DNA of 52,866 nt from a virus (Duplodnaviria > Caudoviricetes), in IMG/VR virus record IMGVR_UViG_3300007960_000032, positions 1-52,866 of that record; one strand, given 5' to 3'. Of this stretch, positions 38,801 through 47,259 are shown one piece after another (position 1 is the first letter of the stretch; every line of letters starts with the position of its first letter). The notes below the pieces were generated by a model. It saw only the letters and a list, made by a program, of their open reading frames with translations. It was not told where the DNA came from and did not search any database. The translations under genes and the position numbers were made by a program.

Positions 38801-39374
38801 CTGTGCTAATATTGTATTCTTGAATCTGAATTCCGCCCACAGTAGTTTTAAGAGCAGGATTGCCGAATCGCTGTGTCTTAACCATGCTAGCGTTCATAAT
38901 AGTAGTAAACTGTTCTAGGAAGTCTGGATTGGTTTCATCGCCCCAAAAAATCTCTGTATTCTCAAGACTGTTACCATTGCTGTCAATGATAACTTCTGTT
39001 GTAGATACACTATCAATCTTCAGTAGTCCGCGGGCAACTTGGCTACGCTTGGGGAAGTAGTTGAGCATCTTAGCAAGACGGAGAATACTGTCTCTACGCT
39101 CTGCTGTCTCAAGGAAGTTTTCTCTAGCGTTTAAATCTGTTCTAAAACTCAAACTCTGTGCAACATAAGCAATCATATCAATGAGTGCTACATATTCACT
39201 GGATTCAATGTAATCATTAAAATCTTCTGGATAGTAGTTGCGCAGATAGTCAACCATGCTCTTACGAATAGTCTGGAAATCGTAACTCTGAAAGTCGATT
39301 TCTTTGAATGATTCGTAAACTTTTTTCCAGTCTTCAGTAGCAAACAAATTGCTTGATCGTGTAGTATGTGCCAT
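35847..39374 (-). CDS. Baseplate wedge subunit, T4 gp6-like
   Basis: DFQSYDF..IR..M..YL...FNDY..SS...LID...ENFLETAERRDS..RLAK, FGDG.F..IP, QDRMVT.EDY. Confidence 0.88.
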   Translation of the reverse strand: MAHTTRSSNLFATEDWKKVYESFKEIDFQSYDFQTIRKSMVDYLRNYYPEDFNDYIESSEYVALIDMIAYVAQSLSFRTDLNARENFLETAERRDSILRLAKMLNYFPKRSQVARGLLKIDSVSTTEVIIDSNGNSLENTEIFWGDETNPDFLEQFTTIMNASMVKTQRFGNPALKTTVGGIQIQEYNISTVPNTIPVYDFRNDVSTQEFPFEIVNGTYSGTDYLYEVPPKPGSTINTIYRNDTRGFNSVNTGFFFYFKQGTLQTLDFSIDEALPNRVVEVDVNGIENNDVWLYELDSNGRESTRWTKIPAVTGNNAIFNSLNKDIKTLYSVQSRSADRISLVFGDGVFSNIPKGNYRVYFRVGNGFTYKISPADMDNVTLSIPYLSHSSQVETLTVNMSLKQTVANASARENLNDVKARAQQQYYTQDRMVTGEDYQIYPFTSYNNVIKSKAVNRTSSGVSRYLDVRDTTGKYSSTNIFAEDGIFYREDTRPTFSFTFVTDSDISNTLSTRVETVMQAKPMYHYFLENYERIDLSSLGVTWNQTTIGTGVCTGYLKNSTGNPQTVSSYTSSNLKYFKEGTLAKFTAPTGYVFDVNNNLIPGVSGALNTKSYIWTSCSNLFNDGTNQGAGNLASGVGPVTLTEVIPNTAQLEQIIYPWNTSFTSTVRQTIIDNISNYKTFGLRYDKDTQAWTVITGTNLNQTTTFSLQNAGDTTGLNQDASWLFLFTNDGETYTVSHRSLEYIFESYLETRFYFDKDLKIFDPRTGKTIRDKIVILKVNSLPDSNTAFGQDYIMNVDDTVIEDDGYILTERIKVTFPDQDGDGVIDDPDVFDVVVSPDTSSSTKIVFYKTYLDNSGYTRYEPVVSSSVESSYTTLTAITAVKDTYSSGQIFYASSTGSFYILSVNSVNQKILTQTTEYVTKVGRDNLLFQYTHNSPNNRRIDPSPSNIIDLFLLTKVYDTDYRNWITDITGTVTKPTKPSTNELRDAYGDLENYKSVSDAIVFNSVKYRPLFGDKADTELQATFKVVKNTATLISDNEIKARIIEQVNKYFAVENWDFGDTFYFSELAAYLHNSLTPDVLSVIVVPKSSTSGFGSLYQIASSRDEIFISAATVNDVEIIDVITAAQIQASGNVVNTTSDITTTESVSSTGSATVIETTTNNSTSTTTAITGGSNY

Positions 39375-39394
39375 AGATTTACCTTCCTATAATG

Positions 39395-39402
39395 TATTTA
39401 TA
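39395..39402 (-). promoter_or_regulatory. T4-type late promoter TATAAATA
   Basis: Exact consensus about 20 nt upstream of the gp6-like start, followed by an AGGAAGG RBS. Confidence 0.7.
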
Positions 39403-39429
39403 GATGTAATAAACTACTACTATTAAAGG

Positions 39430-39801
39430 TTAACTTACTGTGCCGTCTTGTCTATCAAAATTAATAACCAGAGTCTCAGATTGGTTAGTTTGCACATAAA
39501 CTAGGTTTATTTGTGCTTGAAGCCCGTTTTCGTACTCATCAATAACAAGTTGTTGTAATGCCACCCTGGGATCTTGTTTAATAGTTGATGTAACTTCCTC
39601 AATAAGTAAATTTTTTACTTCTTCAGTCAATGGCTCCATGACCAGGTCTAGAACTCCACTGCCATATGCTGGAGATCCGACTTTCTCACCCTTGCGTATA
39701 GCAAAAGCGTTAAGCAAGTCACGTTTAATCAAGTCTCCGTCCACTACTCTAGTAGCTGCGAAACTTCCTTGTACTGTACTAAAACCTCTATACATTGCCA
39801 T
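39430..39801 (-). CDS. Baseplate wedge protein gp25/GpW-like
   Basis: LIKRDLLN...RKGEK...P.YGS....L..EP......I...DPRV motif. Confidence 0.88.
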   Translation of the reverse strand: MAMYRGFSTVQGSFAATRVVDGDLIKRDLLNAFAIRKGEKVGSPAYGSGVLDLVMEPLTEEVKNLLIEEVTSTIKQDPRVALQQLVIDEYENGLQAQINLVYVQTNQSETLVINFDRQDGTVS

Positions 39802-39815
39802 TTTATATCTCTCCT

Positions 39816-42242
39816 TTAAAAGGTAATTCTTCCGCTACGCACTTCGTTGTTAAATGCACGGATCAACGCACCGCCTGACAACCCAGATGATCTTCTAAAA
39901 TTATCTATTGCTGCCTGTCTTCTCTGAGCAGTGTCTGCTTGTTGCTGAAGGCCAGCTACTCTTGCTGCTTCTTGTTGTGCTGAGGCACTTACGGTTGTAG
40001 ATTCACCACCAGTAACAGTTGTATTATTTGTAGAGCTAACGACATCCCATTCTTCTTTTACATCATCTTGACTAATATCACTGTACCAGTTGTCTGTATA
40101 ACCAACGCTGTCAGTACTTTTTGACATATTAGAAGCCGCAGCTCCTTTCTGGAACCAGCCAGTTAGTTCTTTAGACATGTCTTTGTCTTGTGTGACATTT
40201 ACTGTTCCTACAATTGGCCGAGGTTCAATAATTCTACCTTCACGAAAGTCTCCGGCAACTTCTGCGTTAGTGGCGCGGGTAACCATGACCATCCCAGCAA
40301 TAGTATCTTCATCATCGTCATCCTGGATTGCACCGCTGAATACTGCATCCTGGTAATCATCCACAACATCTGTTAAGAATAAATCTTCCTGGATATTCTC
40401 TGCATCCATGAAAGAATCCAAACTGTCAATGCCGAGTTTGCCTTGCCACATACGGGGGTTAGCAAGTTCACCGTTAAAGAATGTTTCGGGTTTTACAAAT
40501 CCGTTCTTAACCAGTGATGCTGCACTGGTGCCATATTTGCCAACCGCGCCAGTTACTGAATCAACAAAGTCTAGAGCGCCGCCGCTGCCTACCTTTTCAA
40601 CTGTAGCAGCGGCTACATTTTTAATAGTATTACTGAGTAATTTACCTACATTGATACCAACATCCGGCTGTTTTAAAATTGTTGCAGCGGATACTGTTTC
40701 TTTGTTTGCAACTTGTTTAGTTTGCTCAATACCAGTGCTTGCGGTTTTTATAGGCTGTTTAGGCTTGTCAAGTTCAACAGTTCCGCTTGTAGGAATTTTA
40801 CCAACTTGCACTGACCTTAACACTGATTCCTGTGTAGTAACTTTATGTTCAGCAAAAGGCTCGTGTGTGGGAACTCTGTCCACTGTAGTCTTAAGTGTGC
40901 CTGTGGATTCCCAGAAACCCTGTGCATTAATCTTTGTGTCTGCTTTATCAAGTTTAGGAGCAGCGGTTTGCTTTGCGGCGCCTGAGGCAGTCCCTTGTAA
41001 TGCCAAACAACTTGCTTGTAGATCCATGTTGCCACTTGCTTTAATTCCTACTTTACTGCCTTCTACATTTAATGTTGACCCACTTTTAATGTCAATGCTC
41101 TTGGCACCATACATTTGTGCTTGCCCATCACTGTACATGTGAGCAAGTGTGCCACCTTCTAGTTGCAGTGTTTTTCCTGCTACTAGTTGAATATTATTTC
41201 CGGCATGCATCTTAATACTGGAGTCAGCATGCATGTTAATGCTTTTACTTCTCAGGTTAATATTAGTCTGACTATAAATGTCAAGCTGGCCTGATGCATC
41301 CATTTGCACCCAGGAGGTACCTTTACTGTTGCCAATGTAGATTAAATCTTCTGTGTCGTGCAATAATATCTGATGACCAGCGGCAGTTCTAAATCTTATA
41401 AGGTTGTTGTTACCTTCAATATCACCATCGTCCATTACAAAACTGTGGCCATGTTTCCTAGCAACTCTTCCTTCAACTGCATCTGCTTCTGATTTAGTTA
41501 AGTCAGTATTGTTTTTTAACTTGCCAATAATATTTTTATTGTCTGCAACATCGGTACTATTTTTGTCAATGCGTCTGCCCTTGGTTGTAATACCAAACAG
41601 CTCACTGGGAGTTTCACGCATATAGTTGCTGCTGGTTAATCCTCTGATCTGATCTTCGTCTAAACCTTGTGTTTTTAAAATTCTGTGTATATTACTATCA
41701 AAAGATCTTTTAGGAGTTAAATAATTTGTTATCTTGTCTGTAGGGTTATCTTTGTCGTTAAATTCACCACCTGGTGCTAGTTTGCCTCTGATTTGACCTG
41801 CTTGTGTGGTAATATTTTCTGTCATAGCAGGCTCAGGGATACTTTGCATCATGTAAGTGTCAGGCGCACAAGCAAACCAGAACCCGTCCTGGTTTCTACC
41901 TTCTGGGAAGAAGCATAAAACTTTAGTTCCTATATCAGGGCAAGGATAAACCATACCAGCAGTATTTTTTGTGGTTACGGAACTATCACCAGATCCTTGT
42001 ACTTCTGTTCTGCTGTAAAATGGGGTGCAGTATTTTACTTGACGCCACTGAGATTTATCGTTTTCTCTGCTTCTATCAGCAAAGGTAGGAACAAAAACCA
42101 TAAGGTTACCCATGCTAGCGGGATGCGCATTTACTTTAACCTCGCCAATAACAATGCCTCGTTCTTCCCTAACACCACGAACGTTTTGTGTTTGGAAATC
42201 CTTATCACCGCCCTTGCTATTATTTGCCCATGTATCTGCCAT
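39816..42242 (-). CDS. Baseplate hub/spike protein, gp5/VgrG-like (OB-fold, beta-helix, divergent lysozyme-like C-terminal domain)
   Basis: PDIGTKVLCFF, GHSFVMDDG, RTAAGHQILLHD, beta-helical repeats, RVPTHEP; later GAVGKYG...L...GF segment. Confidence 0.8.
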   Translation of the reverse strand: MADTWANNSKGGDKDFQTQNVRGVREERGIVIGEVKVNAHPASMGNLMVFVPTFADRSRENDKSQWRQVKYCTPFYSRTEVQGSGDSSVTTKNTAGMVYPCPDIGTKVLCFFPEGRNQDGFWFACAPDTYMMQSIPEPAMTENITTQAGQIRGKLAPGGEFNDKDNPTDKITNYLTPKRSFDSNIHRILKTQGLDEDQIRGLTSSNYMRETPSELFGITTKGRRIDKNSTDVADNKNIIGKLKNNTDLTKSEADAVEGRVARKHGHSFVMDDGDIEGNNNLIRFRTAAGHQILLHDTEDLIYIGNSKGTSWVQMDASGQLDIYSQTNINLRSKSINMHADSSIKMHAGNNIQLVAGKTLQLEGGTLAHMYSDGQAQMYGAKSIDIKSGSTLNVEGSKVGIKASGNMDLQASCLALQGTASGAAKQTAAPKLDKADTKINAQGFWESTGTLKTTVDRVPTHEPFAEHKVTTQESVLRSVQVGKIPTSGTVELDKPKQPIKTASTGIEQTKQVANKETVSAATILKQPDVGINVGKLLSNTIKNVAAATVEKVGSGGALDFVDSVTGAVGKYGTSAASLVKNGFVKPETFFNGELANPRMWQGKLGIDSLDSFMDAENIQEDLFLTDVVDDYQDAVFSGAIQDDDDEDTIAGMVMVTRATNAEVAGDFREGRIIEPRPIVGTVNVTQDKDMSKELTGWFQKGAAASNMSKSTDSVGYTDNWYSDISQDDVKEEWDVVSSTNNTTVTGGESTTVSASAQQEAARVAGLQQQADTAQRRQAAIDNFRRSSGLSGGALIRAFNNEVRSGRITF

Positions 42243-42272
42243 TTTTAATATTTCTTCACTTTCATATAAAAG

Positions 42273-42280
42273 TATTTAAC
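42273..42280 (-). promoter_or_regulatory. Late-promoter-like GTTAAATA
   Basis: TAAATA core in the 48-nt gap upstream of the gp5-like gene. Confidence 0.45.
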
Positions 42281-42290
42281 TGTAATGAGA

Positions 42291-45155
42291 TTAGTCGTCA
42301 ACTGGCTCTTCGCCAATAAATTCCCCTGCTCCGCCAAATGCATCAAGCAAGACATTGTTATTAAGTTGATCAGCATTGACAACAGTGTTAGTATCCAGTA
42401 TATCAACAGGCGGTTCTTCGTCGCCTATGCCTTCTTCAAACCTTCCTTGGTCTGTTTCATCAGCTAGTCTTTGAATCCTGCCAGCCTGATAACCAGTTAC
42501 TAGACTTTCTCCAAAGGTAGTTATTGCGGCTGTGCCTTTGCTTATTACTTGTTCTAGAGGATTAACTCCGGATACTAAACTTGCAAAAAAACTTTCAACT
42601 AAGTTATTAGTTAGTGCTGCCTTTTGTTCTCTTTCTTGAATACTCTGTACACTTCTGCCTATTTTTCCATCGATAGGCTGCATTTTTTCTCTGATAGCAT
42701 CCAATCGTTGAGTAAACTGTCCACCACTAAAGGTAGAATTAGTTTGTACGACACGATAAACTCCACTTAACTCGCTACTAGTATACTTGCCTTGACCAGA
42801 AAGGTCAACAAGACCAGTAAGGTCATCATAATCAGTGGGAGTTTTTAAATTTAACTGAATGTATGGTGGGGTTAAGTCATAGTTTATTGTTCCATCAGGC
42901 AGAAATGCCTCAGTGTATATTGCACCACGGTTGCCCTGTGGTTGGAAAAATGCGTCTCCCACTGGCAAGAAGGCAGGGTCACCCAAAATAGCCATGTCAA
43001 TTTGAATCATGTCGGAGCCCTTGAACATTATATTAGACATTAAATCTTTGCTTCGTTTTTTTGTAATGGTTTCGTCGTTAATAACTCCCTGCCCTTGAAC
43101 ACTCTGTGGCAAGGGCTTAACCTGTGGTGCAATATTAGATTTGTCTTTGTCGCCATCAGGAATACCAGTTCCGATAGTATGAGCTTGATAATAAGCACTA
43201 TCGAACTGCAAGGTTAGGTCAGTTACTTCAGTGTTATTCCCACTGAAAATATAATCATATATTTTGTGTACACCTTCACCCTTGGGTTTAGATTTAGGCG
43301 CCCATGGGAAATCACTGTAAAATATATCTTCTACTGTTATAGTCCATTGTATATGGAACTTATATCTTCCTGCTTTTTTATCCCAGCCTTGGAACCCAAC
43401 AATTTGCGGTATAACTTTGTACCATGAAATTTTTTTATTTTCCGGAGGGTCATCAGTGCCAATCCTGTTAATTTCATCTACATTAGCGTCAATATAGTCA
43501 CTTGCTACAATAATATAGTTAATTAAAGAAACTATATTTGTGCCAGCATTAATTTTAAACATATTTGTAGTTGAGTCTAAGGTTGGCTTTTTAGCAAGTC
43601 CAGCTGCGGCTTGTTTATATAACTTGTTAGTTTTTTGTGGAGTGTTAAGGGCATCAAATTTTGACCCTACCAACTTAGCATTTTTAATCTCAGGCGCAAT
43701 AGCAAAACTCCATTTATCAGCAATCTGAGAACTTGCTGGAACTTTTTTGCCAGGGTCGTTTTTATCAACTGTTGGTTTTGTTTGTGCTATTAAGAAATTA
43801 TTAACTGCACTGGCGAGAGTCGATGCTGGTTCTCCTAGAGTTGTTTTTTTAATTGTAGTACCTTCGTCTTCAGCAAGCTCTTCATCATATATTGTTTCTG
43901 TTTCATAGTTAACTTGTTGGGCAGTGCTTCCAAAGATATCGTTAACTGTGCCTGCACTTACTTGAATGTTGATTGGGATAGTACTATTTAATGAACTAAA
44001 CACATCCTGATGATACGGTACAGCTTTAGCTTTATACACAGTGCCAGTGCTTTCAATCCTAAATGTTAAGCCAGTGATTTTAATTGGAATATATTTAGGT
44101 TTAATTGCTCCTGACATTTCATGTCCATTGTCGTCATAACCCTTAAACGTGATCTCCAAGAGATACGGAGTTTTGATATAGTTTTCCGCTTCCTCAAGAC
44201 TATTTTTTGCTTCATTTTTTAGACGCTCGATGAGTGTAACACCCATGGGTTCAGTAATGTCAAAACTAACATCAACCGCATTTGTATTTGTAGTTCTAGT
44301 ATTAGGGCTAACCCCAATGTTGGTCATTTGTAGGTTATCAATAAAAAAATCTATATCAAAATTCTTGCCGCCGTCTGAGCCTATGCCGCCGCTTCTTGCA
44401 ATTAACTGTTTGGGAATCTGTCTGACACTAGCAGGTGCTTTTAGCATTTTTACATATTCTTTGGGTGACATCATGTAAAGAGCAATATTGTATGTATAAC
44501 TAGCAAAGTCACTGATCTGATTTGGTCTCGGAGAAATTTCAATCTTTTTATTACCTGTGCTCAATCCAGACTGAGGATCGTTAGCAGCCGCTTTTTGCAC
44601 TGCTCCGTCTGCAACAACAGTATTTGATGAGTCCTTGGGTGCAGCAACTATACTGTCCTCACCCCCATCATCAAATCCATCAGGACCTGCAATCTGTGCA
44701 GAGGCTGGTGGCTCTGGATTTAAATAGTCATCACCGTAATCACCAGTGCCCACACCGTCATCTGCTTGAGCATTTAATTCTGCTCTATTTTCAGCAATAA
44801 ATTGTTGGTTGAGCTCGGCAGCAGTTAACGGAGTATTGGCAACCTGCACCGCTCTTAGCTCGGCAGCAGTTAACGGAGTATTGGCAACCTGCACCGCTCT
44901 TAGCTCGGCAGCAGTTAACGGAGTATTGGCAACCTCTGGAGCAGGATCTGGTTCTGGTGTGAACACATCAGGGTCTGGTGGGGTAGGATTATTTGTTCCT
45001 CCTGCTTTTTCTATAGGAGTTCTATTGTAAGATTGTAACGATCCGTCTAAATCTTCATAATAAGTGCCAGTTTGGGCTACAACTTGTTCATATACGTCTG
45101 GTGGGATGTCACTAACTGGCTTACCAATATATTGGCTAGGAAATCGGCGTGCCAT
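42291..45155 (-). CDS. Baseplate hub/tail protein (gp27/gpD-like) with disordered acidic N-terminus
   Basis: SYTYNIALY, F.ITEP.G...L, PYLLEI.FKGYD, YDYIFSG.N..V, I.GDP..L, SGVY.V....S.F.GG.FTQ.L; lies between the gp53-like and gp5-like genes. Confidence 0.7.
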   Translation of the reverse strand: MARRFPSQYIGKPVSDIPPDVYEQVVAQTGTYYEDLDGSLQSYNRTPIEKAGGTNNPTPPDPDVFTPEPDPAPEVANTPLTAAELRAVQVANTPLTAAELRAVQVANTPLTAAELNQQFIAENRAELNAQADDGVGTGDYGDDYLNPEPPASAQIAGPDGFDDGGEDSIVAAPKDSSNTVVADGAVQKAAANDPQSGLSTGNKKIEISPRPNQISDFASYTYNIALYMMSPKEYVKMLKAPASVRQIPKQLIARSGGIGSDGGKNFDIDFFIDNLQMTNIGVSPNTRTTNTNAVDVSFDITEPMGVTLIERLKNEAKNSLEEAENYIKTPYLLEITFKGYDDNGHEMSGAIKPKYIPIKITGLTFRIESTGTVYKAKAVPYHQDVFSSLNSTIPINIQVSAGTVNDIFGSTAQQVNYETETIYDEELAEDEGTTIKKTTLGEPASTLASAVNNFLIAQTKPTVDKNDPGKKVPASSQIADKWSFAIAPEIKNAKLVGSKFDALNTPQKTNKLYKQAAAGLAKKPTLDSTTNMFKINAGTNIVSLINYIIVASDYIDANVDEINRIGTDDPPENKKISWYKVIPQIVGFQGWDKKAGRYKFHIQWTITVEDIFYSDFPWAPKSKPKGEGVHKIYDYIFSGNNTEVTDLTLQFDSAYYQAHTIGTGIPDGDKDKSNIAPQVKPLPQSVQGQGVINDETITKKRSKDLMSNIMFKGSDMIQIDMAILGDPAFLPVGDAFFQPQGNRGAIYTEAFLPDGTINYDLTPPYIQLNLKTPTDYDDLTGLVDLSGQGKYTSSELSGVYRVVQTNSTFSGGQFTQRLDAIREKMQPIDGKIGRSVQSIQEREQKAALTNNLVESFFASLVSGVNPLEQVISKGTAAITTFGESLVTGYQAGRIQRLADETDQGRFEEGIGDEEPPVDILDTNTVVNADQLNNNVLLDAFGGAGEFIGEEPVDD
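44812..44935. repeat. Perfect 45-bp in-frame tandem repeat, 2.75 copies
   Basis: Unit agctcggcagcagttaacggagtattggcaacctgcaccgctctt at 44812, 44857 and partial at 44902; encodes VANTPLTAAELRAVQ. Confidence 0.97.
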
Positions 45156-45156
45156 A

Positions 45157-45459
45157 TTAGATCCCCAGTGCTTTAGATAGTGTCGCCTGTTTAGGAATAT
45201 AGATTTTTTTACCTACACGAAAATCCCAGATTGGGTCTTCGATTGCGTTGGGGTTCCTAACTGCAAACACCCACCATAGATTCTGATTGCTGTACAGGTC
45301 ATAAGCTAAAAGATCAGGTCTGAACTGGTATGTTGCATTGATGGTAAACAGAACATCATCAGCATAACTGGGAATAGGTCTAGGCTCGTAGATATCTAAA
45401 TATGTTCCCTGCATCCTTGTCTGTGCATAGGGACTATCTTGTCTGTATTCTACAGTCAT
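45157..45459 (-). CDS. Baseplate wedge protein gp53-like (LysM-like)
   Basis: RPDLLAYDLY....LWWVFA.RN.......DF..G..I.IP motif. Confidence 0.82.
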   Translation of the reverse strand: MTVEYRQDSPYAQTRMQGTYLDIYEPRPIPSYADDVLFTINATYQFRPDLLAYDLYSNQNLWWVFAVRNPNAIEDPIWDFRVGKKIYIPKQATLSKALGI

Positions 45460-46319
45460 TATGGCATCCCTCCCTTGCCTGAAGCTTCACCAATAAGCTC
45501 GCCTCTTGCATATTTCTCTAATCCAAACTCAGTTTGACGCTTTCTGCTGATAACTGGTAACAATGTTACATTTATAGTAATTAATGATGGAACTCGAGTT
45601 GTTGAATCAACACCGTTGTTGCCACCAGCAACTTTAGCATTAATGTAATCAATACCTTGTTCAAAATCTTGTGTAGTGTTAGAAATTACCACTGGAACGC
45701 TGTTAAACATATAAGGGCCATGAGCACTAAATCTTAGCACAGGCGGTGGTGTGCCGCGATTTGTGTCTTGACCAAAGAAGCTCTTGGTAGCACTTTTTAA
45801 GAAATGCAGGACACTCAACAAATATTCTGCTTCTGCAGGAGTATTAGCAGTAAATTGTCCAGTGCAGGTTATCTGTTCTATCGTACTTTGGCCATAGCTC
45901 TGACTAGCATAGTTATTGTGGATAACCTGGTTGCCAGTATATGCGGCGCTGTATCCTACGTTAATACTAGGAGTATAAGGCCACACAACACCGTCAGTAG
46001 TTGTTAATGGTCTAAGCAATTCATTTGATGGATCTCTGTATAAAATATTGCCAGCGCCAGGGCTAAGTGCTAGTCTTGCTCTAGTATCAATGTCGCTGCC
46101 AAATCTTGCAGTTGCAACACTGCCATTGGGAAGAACACTGTTTGCTCCTCCAGGGTTAAGTTGACTGTTAATTAGTCTGTTTGCCTGAGAACCAAGATAT
46201 CCCCTGGCAGCCTTAGAAATAAATCCATCGCCAGGAATAGCTTTGCTCAAACCTTTTTGAACTGCACTACTAGTTGCGTCCTGAACCGCTTCAGTTATAT
46301 TGTTAAAATTAAAAGCCAT
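45459..46319 (-). CDS. Baseplate-tail tube initiator/cap (gp48/gp54-like)
   Basis: WPYTPSI...Y.A.Y, FTA....EA, G.PPPVLRF...G..MF..VPVV, P....I.V.L.P; first gene of the baseplate module. Confidence 0.65.
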   Translation of the reverse strand: MAFNFNNITEAVQDATSSAVQKGLSKAIPGDGFISKAARGYLGSQANRLINSQLNPGGANSVLPNGSVATARFGSDIDTRARLALSPGAGNILYRDPSNELLRPLTTTDGVVWPYTPSINVGYSAAYTGNQVIHNNYASQSYGQSTIEQITCTGQFTANTPAEAEYLLSVLHFLKSATKSFFGQDTNRGTPPPVLRFSAHGPYMFNSVPVVISNTTQDFEQGIDYINAKVAGGNNGVDSTTRVPSLITINVTLLPVISRKRQTEFGLEKYARGELIGEASGKGGMP

Positions 46320-46337
46320 AAATACTGCATTCCTTAA

Positions 46338-46366
46338 TTGCTATTTGTATTTATTGGTTGTATAAT
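46338..46366. promoter_or_regulatory. Overlapping divergent promoters: plus-strand sigma70-like TTGCTA-17-TATAAT and minus-strand late-like AATAAATA
   Basis: TTGCTA 46338-46343 and TATAAT 46361-46366 point to gp55; AATAAATA at 46355-46348 points to the baseplate operon. Confidence 0.55.
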
Positions 46367-46392
46367 AGTAGTATATTATAAAAGGGAGTGCT

Positions 46393-47259
46393 ATGAGAAA
46401 ACGTAAATATCTAAGCAATCGAGACATTTTAGCAGAAATACACAAGAGTAAAACTACGTACTGTAGTTACCTTGATGAGTCTTTTAATCAATTTGACATT
46501 ATTTTACCAAATATTGAACGCATTAACATTAGAACTATTGCACAAGCAAAACGCAATCGAGCTGCTCGGCTAAGTAGAGACGCATATGAGGAAACTTATA
46601 TGAGCGGCGATACCAGTGTTAAGCAGGCAGAATTTCTAATTGATTGGAAACAAATTCCAAAAACAGACTTGATCTTTAGAATTATGACGTTTGATCATAT
46701 CCCACTTCAGCCAAGTAGAAAGAAAACCCCTAAAACAGTTGCTGACCATCACACACAGTGTAATTTTCCTCCATTTCAACACTGGAAGTTTGACGAGAAC
46801 GATGAATTAATTTGTGTAGGCAAAAGTCACTGGGAAGGTGGATTACAAAACGGATCCTTTAACAAGGAACACGGAGCGATGACAGACAAACTTGCTATGA
46901 TGTTTATAAAACTGGTTGAACGATATGCAAGCAGAAGTAACTGGCGGGGATACACTTATAACGACGAAATGCAGGGTGCAGGATTACTTCAGCTGAGTCG
47001 CATTGGATTACAGTTTGATGAAAGCAAAAGTGACAACCCGTTTGCTTACTATACTGCGGCTATTACAAATAGCTTTACCAGGGTTTTAAACCTTGAAAAG
47101 AAGGGCCAGCGTATTCGTGACGACATCTTGGAACAAAATGGTTTAAATCCAAGTTATACTAGGCAAAACGAAAACGACGAAACGATGAAGGTACTTGCTG
47201 AATTACACGATACAACTCCAACTGAAACAACTACTATTGAAGTAAAACAGAAAAAATGA
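46393..47259 (+). CDS. 55: Late-transcription sigma factor, T4 gp55-like
   Basis: YLSN..IL N-terminus; RSNWRGYTYNDEM.......FD..KS.NPFAYYT....NSF.R....EKK; adjacent to gp47/gp46 as in T4-like phages. Confidence 0.85.
   Translation: MRKRKYLSNRDILAEIHKSKTTYCSYLDESFNQFDIILPNIERINIRTIAQAKRNRAARLSRDAYEETYMSGDTSVKQAEFLIDWKQIPKTDLIFRIMTFDHIPLQPSRKKTPKTVADHHTQCNFPPFQHWKFDENDELICVGKSHWEGGLQNGSFNKEHGAMTDKLAMMFIKLVERYASRSNWRGYTYNDEMQGAGLLQLSRIGLQFDESKSDNPFAYYTAAITNSFTRVLNLEKKGQRIRDDILEQNGLNPSYTRQNENDETMKVLAELHDTTPTETTTIEVKQKK

Noticed and set aside
40408-41142. 244-aa plus-strand ORF
   Set aside because: Antisense shadow of the gp5-like gene.
44812-44935. Possible CRISPR array
   Set aside because: Repeats are head-to-tail without spacers, in frame within a CDS, and no cas genes are present.
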